A DNA stretch of 57,712 nt, filler included, from Sphacelaria rigidula (taxonomy: Eukaryota): the NCBI GenBank assembly GCA_964200075.2. It is 7 parts of 7 records of this genome, joined end to end, with 100 filler letters (N's around TTAATTAATTAA, not from the genome) between each part and the next. Parts side by side here need not be neighbours in the genome. Positions count along the whole stretch, not along the records: positions 49,556 to 57,712 come from CAXNAA020012092.1; 6 more parts are not named here. One strand, given 5' to 3'. Positions within the stretch are counted from its first letter, which is position 1. Each line of letters starts with the position of its first letter. The translations under genes were made by a program, and so were the position numbers. Positions 50,446 to 57,712 of the stretch are shown here, piece after piece. A model generated the notes under the pieces. It ran no database searches and was not told where the DNA came from. It saw only the letters and a program-made list of their open reading frames with translations.

Positions 50446-53400
50446 AAGTTACCCCCAAGTCCAACTTCGGCAAGTTGAACAGCGTGATGAAGAAGATAGG
50501 GCGCAACGTGAAGGACACCGCCGTTGGAGCCGTGGAAAGGATCGGCGCGGGCATCCAGGGCCGGGTAAGAATCGTAGCCTTTGATGAAGGCGATGGCTGT
50601 ACCCAACGCCAACACTGGAGCGGCGCCAGCGGCGTTTACAGTCTGGGATGGAAGACGAAACACGTCTGATATACAAACCTACAAGTCCACAACAATGTTT
50701 TTTTCTTGTTGTGGACATTCTATACCTTTCCTCACGTCGGGATGAGTCCCTGCTATCGAGTGGTCAACCCATACCTGTCTTCCAGCACCTGATTTGTACT
50801 GTAGTCTGGGGGGATCGAGCTATTTATTTTTCTCCCCTGTTGGCTTCACTCTCGTATGACGCATCCACGGCTCCAGTTGGCATTGGCGTGTCCCTCTCTC
50901 CCCCCGCCCCCTTGTCCTCTGCTCCGTCTCGAAAGGGATTCGTGGTCAATGGTCAAACTACTAAGGCCAGCAACAAATGAGTACCCCCCCCTCCCTCCCT
51001 CCCCCCCGCTCCCCCTCCCCTTGCCCTTTCGTTCTTGTTCATGTTGTGTCGTCATCGGTGTTGGTACGGCTGTCGTTCGTGTTTCGAAGCATCTGGACGA
51101 TGAGCTAGTGTACTACAAGCAGATCGTGTCGGAACTGTGCGACAAGTGCCAGGTGTTCGACGAATGGTTCGTGCATCTCCAGGCCCAGATTGCTCGCAAT
51201 GGTGAGAGCGCGTCCACATGATGATCTGTCCGCCTCACACGTTCCATGGTATTACACGGATTCAACCGCGTGAAACTGTTTTTTACAGTCCACGAAGAAG
51301 CTAAGCGTCGTCGCTGTGTTTGTAAAATACCGTAGAAGGTAGATCGCATGATGTAAAGGTCGTTGACTTCTGGTCAAGGGCCGTCGGCACCTGGGTGAGA
51401 GGTTGTGGTGACGTTATGCAGCAGTCGGATGGAGGGGCGTTTATTCCACTCTTGACTGGTTCCCGTACCGCTCGAGTGTGAGCCCCATCGTTTCGTGTGA
51501 AACGCCGACATATATGCGACTTTGATAGCTAGACGAGGACACAAGCTTGATCATTCTTTCATCATATTCCTGATGATATAACATGTTTGTATTGCCGGTC
51601 ACGGCGAACTCGCGATGTACCGATGTCACGTCACGTGTGCGTTGGCGGAGCTCAGAACGCGTTCTGTGCATGTGTTACAGGCAGCGGGGAGGGCCGCCCC
51701 CCCCAAATCCTAGTGTGGCAGTCCATACTGAAACGAAGTGTTTGCTCTCGCATGGATTCGTCGACTAGTTCGTGTGAACTTTACTGATGCTGTTTTTTTC
51801 ATGACATGGGATGGCGTGGACAAGACTTTGTCGTTCTTTTCTTACAACCAAAAGCCGTCCGGGACCCTTGGGTTAGCCGAAGTGTGCAGCGAGCGGGTAG
51901 CGCTGTCGTTCCCGAACCGCGCTCAACGTGTTTTTTTCATTGATTTTCATGTAGCGGATGTATCACCGTATTCGCTTGTTCATTTCGTTCCCTCTAACAC
52001 CAATTCCGGGCGAAATTGATGATGACGCGTATCGGAATTGGATGTGGACCGGTCGGCGGCGATGCCATTGGGATCAAATGGTGGCGCTCTTACTGAAATA
52101 TGACGGATGATGGCAACAGACACAGAGGAGATGGAGGAGCTGCTGGTGGAGCTGAGCCTCGTGGCCAGTTTCATGCGAGAGGTACGCCAGACACGTACAC
52201 ACAAGCACGCGCAAGGCACCCGAGTGGACTACATGAAATGTTTTTGTTTTCAGTCAGTCTTTGCTAGAGATGGGGCAGGCGGTGTAGGACTGGGGGACGG
52301 GGTACAGTACTCACGCTTTTGCATCCTCAAGTCATGAGATTATTGACCTCGCGTGCTTACAAAGCGGGGACGGAGCACGCCGGATTATCGCCGGACCAGG
52401 CTTGTATATCAGTTACCAAGCGCGAAGCGCCGTGATGTGTTCATCTAGTTGCTTCATTTTTTGGTGTCGCCAATTTCAGAGACAGCCACGGCTTACACAC
52501 TGCCTCATGGATGGAGGAGGGTGGGGGTTGCATTGTTCCGTGCTGTCTGTTGTTCTTAGCCGCTGAGAAGAGTGTTGGCCAGTGCTCGGCTGTGTGGCTG
52601 ATTGGTGGGGTTTTGTAGCTCGCGTGCATTATTATGGTTTCTCCGCGAAGTTTTTTTTTTTACAGAGTCAGGATGTTTTCCTGGTTGCATCGCACCGTGT
52701 TTGCGCTTATTGGTGTGTGTCACTTCCGTGTTCCGCCCTCGGTTGTGTCTTGAGCTGTAACACCTGCATGACGTCATGTCGCACGGGCCTTGAGATCGAT
52801 AGGACCAGCACTACGCCGACTCCGCCTCATGGCGGGGGTTGGCGTTCTCTTGTTCATCTCACAGGGGCAGCGGGCAGTGTCACTCGGACGGAAATTCCAT
52901 TTGTCGTGGGAATACACGGTCTAGCATTGATTGTGACGTTTTCTTACGGTACTTGGCTGTTCATTTTGGTTGGTATTTTCAGGTTGGGGACAGGTCACAC
53001 AATTTTTTGCCTTTCAAGTGTTAACTGAGCATTATCTCCACATGTCGAGAAATACCGAAGGAAAGATCGAAGCTGTATTTTCGGGAAGATCAAAGTCTGT
53101 TTTGGATTTATCTATTGCCTCAAGTGGTGGAGAAACCTGCGTTCACTTTTGTCGGAAATTTCGGGGGGACGAGAAGATCAGTTGATGGTACACTTTTTCA
53201 TCCGGAAGCAGCAACTGCAGACAGGCGCGAGCGACGGTCGGTTTTTGGATCCTTGAGTTCGCTCCGTTCGCAGCAGCGGAGACGAGTCTCGCGATCAACC
53301 CATCTGTAAACTTTCTGATACTTTGAGGTGCGCACACTTTACCCAAGTGACTTCTGCTGATCTCTACGCACCCGCCTCGCCCAATCCCCGCCGTCACTGG

Positions 53401-53981
53401 CCAAATCATGACAACAAGAGGTAAAAACTGAAATCAGATCGAATAACCCCCGAGTGGACTCGAGTTGCGCGTGCACCAAACCACAGCGCAACGAAAATGA
53501 ATGGAAGCAAACAGAGCCGAAAAGGATTAGAGCTACTGTATAAGTGGACCAGAATTTTGGCAACAATTGAGCCACGAGAGTTCTTCTGTCACAGAGGAGG
53601 AGCGTTGGGCGCACCCGTGTTCAGTCGGAAGGATAACAGATCGACACAGCGCGGGACTTGACGCTTGGCCCTGTGTAGAGTCATCGGGTTGATCAAGTAA
53701 CTGTGACAATCCGTTTCTATTTTTCGTTACAACAAGGGTTATAGGTGCAAATCCTTTTGCGGGCTTGATTTCCAATTGCTCAATCGGCCAACTGGTGAAC
53801 AAGAAAAACAAACTGCACCCATACGCCTGGCCATGACAAAATACAGGTAGTGTGTGCTATGGTATTGAGGGACTTGGAGACGCTGCTGGACCGATATATG
53901 CGGAAGATGCGGAAGAGCCTTGCGCGTATGTACTGGGACGAGGACTACGAGAACTATGAAGAGGAAGATGTCTTGCCATGA
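50446..53981 (+). CDS. Unknown helical protein, last four exons
   Basis: Phase-consistent GT-AG exons 50446-50564, 51090-51201, 52120-52181 and 53847-53981 (VVCAMVLRDLETLLDRYMRK...VLP, stop TGA). Confidence 0.8.
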
Positions 53982-54411
53982 TGCATGATGAAGACGTGTC
54001 ATTTTCCACCGGTGGCTGATATAGTCTTATTCCGCTGTACAGTATGGTGAATGGTGTTGTGTCTGCATCTACCGGTAGCTGATTGATTTGTATGTCCTCC
54101 CTTGTATGATGGCTGATGCGATTGTCGTATCATTTGTCTATTGTGCGGTGACTGATACCGTGTGTTATATATATTCTTTGTACAGGACCTATGTGTGTCG
54201 TGCAAATCGTGTTTGACATGGTGTTGGGTACATGCTATGGGGAGCGGAAAAGGGGGCAGCTTAGACAAAGAAGCTGTCACATGGTTCAAGTTGGTGTCAT
54301 GATCGTTTGGCTTCCCGCCTCGGCCTAATCCGTGTTAGTTTCACTCCTGTTTTGTACCTGCATTTTATTGTGTGCATGTTTTTTTTTTTTATTAGTTGTC
54401 GTTTCGACTCT

Positions 54412-54457
<46 letters not shown>

Positions 54458-57400
54458 TATTTACTGTTTTTTGTTTTTTGTTCCTGCTGAAAAAATCATG
54501 ATAAAAGGTAAAGCTCCAAATGATGATGAAAAGCGGAGCGTGGTCAACATGATGCACCACCCGCTTCGTGTGGTGATTTTTTTAGTTGCCTTTTCTCGCC
54601 TTTTTGTTCAACTTTTTTTTTTACACGGCGGCCTTAACCGCCTGTGGCGAGCCATGAGTCGCGCTGTTTACCGCGTTTTTTAGACGGATTTTTTCCCCCC
54701 GTGTTTGTTCTTGGCGATTGCACTCAATCGTGGAAGACGGTTTCGTCATATGAAGTGCTTCGGTGTTGACGTATCTCAGTATGAAGGTTGCGATGCTCGG
54801 GATCGTAATATTCCGTTGCAAAGACGGTTGTACTACGGCATTGGGGAAGGCCCACAGTATAGTTGCACTAGATCACGGTGTGTTCTTCGACCAACGCTGG
54901 TGGGGTCGGGGCTAGCAAGTGGATTTTGGACCAATGGTGACTCGCCGACAGCACAAACGGCACCGGCCCCATTTTCTAAATCTTTCCCCCCCCCCTATTT
55001 TTATCTTGTTTGTTAAGTGCTTCTTCGTTTTGTTGAGATGAGGAATAAAGAGAAGAAAGTGAAGTGTGTTGTGTGCTGCTCGTGCTTTTGCGTTGGTCGT
55101 AGTTTCACCATTGCCTAGCTTGAAACTTGAATCTGTCTTTCAAAAACCCAGTGTGAAACCGGCACATGTACGTGCTGTACGCTGGGAGTGAAAAATCGTG
55201 TCCGTTTATTTTTTTATTTTTTTTCAGTCGCTGGCCGGGTGGAATGAGGAAGGCGGGTACGTTCCTCACGAACGGCCGCTCCAACATGGAAGATGTTTTC
55301 GTCGGGCACAGTGTCGGTTTTCGTGTACACGAAATAATAGCAGACTGCGAAATCATGTGTTTGGGGGTACGATAGCTGCAGCGATAGTTTGATATCAAAT
55401 CGGACTCGCCGAGTTGGGGGAGATGAGCGAAAGGGGCACGGCTACGTCAGGTTCGCTTGTGTTTTTTTTTGTTGAGGACAGCTTTGAAGGCTTGGAGTAT
55501 ACTTTCTTTGTTTTTCGTGTGACTCCCCCCCCCCCTTTCGTTTGTTCCTCTCAAGCACCGCTCGCTTCCTCTTCACGCCCCTCTGCGCTCCTTGGAGCAA
55601 CCGGAAGGAGGATTGGGGGGTGGACGAAGAGTAGAGAGAGACGAGTACAACGTGGTTGATACAATCTGCAGAAATGGTGTTCGGCATGAATTGGTGCTGT
55701 CAAACTGTCGATCGCCTGTGAGCTAGTACGCAGATCCATGCGCCCGCCGGCTGTAGGACAGGCGAAGTGGCTGTTCTACACGACTGATCCAGCAGCGGCC
55801 CTCGACTGATTGAACATGAGAATCGGGCCGAACAACTGTAATGGGACACAGGTGTTCTGATCGCTGGATACGGCTGTGCCATTTCCATCAGGCCGAAAAA
55901 GCGTGTAAAACGGCTCTCGATGACGGGTGCAGGGCAGGGGAAGGGCAGCTGCCCCCCAACAATCAGGAAGGCCAGCTGAGATGCGTGCTGTGCTGTGTGC
56001 ATGTGTGTGTATTTCGGCTGGCCCGGCATGGTGAATAATTCACATGCTGCACACAACCCGGAGGAGCTGAGAAAACCGAGGGAAATACCTTGTGGTTGTA
56101 TAGTGTTCGGCGGAGCGCCACACTAGCCGCCGCTGATATGGGGTCCGATAGCCACATCGAACACCAGGGGAGTTGGGGGCAGATAATGAGGGGGGTATTT
56201 GTTTAGTGGTGATAGCATGGGCGTTTCAACACGAAAAACTGTTCTCTCGTCTTTTGATAGTAAAAGTTTCTGTTGTGCTCATATTAGCATCGCGAAGAGT
56301 TTATGTCTGTCTCGTACCGTAGTACTGTTCTCTGTGTCTAGTTCTTTACTCCCGGTCTGGGGTAAGTCAGGGTAGGCTGACCGTTCGCAATGGCTTGAGC
56401 ACAAGGCTCTATAGTACGCGCAAAACTTATCTCGTTCCTTATTTTATCGTACGTAACGGTTCGAATGTCGCACTCGATGTACCTTGACTCGTGTACCGCC
56501 GTGCCAAGCTGAGCTGAGCTGTGTGTGCGGTATTGTGGGTGTTTTTGTTCTTCATTTTGTGTCGAGAGAATCGCGATTCCAAAAGCGCGCAGGTCAGCGC
56601 CGAATTTGGCAGCTGCGCTGATGATGCGACGAAGCGAATCGCCCGTGACTGTTTTGCTAATGTATCTGTGTTCTTGTGGTGTGCGTGCGCTCGGACATAT
56701 CTTGTTGGTTGATGACGAGTAGAATTCCGATGCATCTGTAGCTCTACCAGTAGTGGATGCTTTCGAGGGGGGGTGTAATATCCTTGCTGTTTTGTTTCTT
56801 TTCTTGTTTGCTTCTGTCGAAGAAGTGTGAAGCGTTTTTTTTTCGTTGCGTTCCGTTGCGTTTCGATTCCCGGCAGCAACGAGTGTGGCGTGTGGACGCT
56901 GTTTTCGAGAAACCGGACATCGATAAGCTCTAATTATCAGGCAACGAGTACCTTCCCCCCCCTGTCTAGGAACTATAGCTGCATCGTCGCCCCGAATCCA
57001 CACTCCACCGCGCACGTGACCCACCGACTGACGAGATTTACCAGACAAAGCTTGCTCTTGACGCGGAGAGTGTGCATCAAGACGACTGACTTTCAAGACC
57101 TGAGGAAAGGTGGCCGCTTCGGGTCCGGTTAATCATGCGAAGATACCATCGAACAGCAATACCAAACTTTTCTTGGATTGGCTTTAGGCAGTCCGTTGAG
57201 GACGGAACAGAAATCGACAACATATCGTTCGTATTAGAAAACAACGCGCATTAAAAGCTTTGCAGGTTGGAAACTACGTATTTTCATGGAGAAGAAACTC
57301 TCCGTACCCCCATTTGTGTTGTATGCGCTTGTAAAAACTCTACCGTCGTTCATTGATACCTGGCGGGGGGGGCAGGGAAGCCGCCCCCCCTCCGGTCTCG

Positions 57401-57712
57401 AGAGTCGTTTAAATTGTGTGGATGTAGTTCCAACTTTCGAATCTTCAAAATTTTGAATTGGTGTCTCAGGCCATTCCAGGTTCGGCGTTGGATTTCTGTG
57501 ACCGAAAACTGTCTCTTTTTTCGGAGTACTTTGAAAAAAACGAGGAGAACTTCGCAGGCACCGTAGGTAAGGTAGGTACCCTGTACCGGTACTTGGGACA
57601 TCTGATACCCTACCGATACCGACCTAATCCGGTATTTTGAAATCTCATACCTACGATACCTGCGCTACCAGGGTATTTCGAGCTTTCAATACCTACCCTA
57701 CCCGCCCAATCC

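Noticed and set aside
56615..56645. CTGATGA...GAA as a hammerhead ribozyme
   Set aside because: No proper stem II or GAAA core and no flanking helices.
56338..57096. 252-aa minus-strand ORF
   Set aside because: Low-complexity, non-ATG start, no domain, and it crosses repeat-like sequence.

Overview
Eukaryotic, intron-rich, repeat-rich DNA. By inference it is most likely a brown alga (Phaeophyceae, stramenopile): short GT/GC-AG exons, kb-scale introns full of SINEs and MITEs, TTAGGG-like tracts. The window is not contiguous genome. It is seven contigs of 8160, 8160, 8160, 8159, 8158, 8158 and 8157 bp joined by identical 100-bp linkers (N44-TTAATTAATTAA-N44), so nothing should be inferred across linkers. 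Contig 1: a decayed Ty3/Gypsy LTR element with a chromodomain and an unusually long tRNA-like primer-binding region, inside an intron of an unknown gene. Contig 2: the 3' part of a PP2C phosphatase gene with a long acidic insert. Contig 3: a gene with a ~2.4-kb exon encoding about 15 tandem 'SAWGDDGDE' repeats, plus a LINE remnant interrupted by a TA-flanked TIR element. Contig 4: a coiled-coil protein gene, a solo LTR and an inverted GGATATCC satellite. Contig 5: two exons of gamma-tubulin complex component 4. Contig 6: a protein with a duplicated EF-hand-like module. Contig 7: the 3' end of an unknown helical protein. Three tRNA-derived SINE families are scattered throughout. The strongest novelty candidates are the WG-repeat protein (possible Argonaute-hook platform) and the extended tRNA-like PBS. 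All exon models were read by eye and need RNA-seq confirmation.
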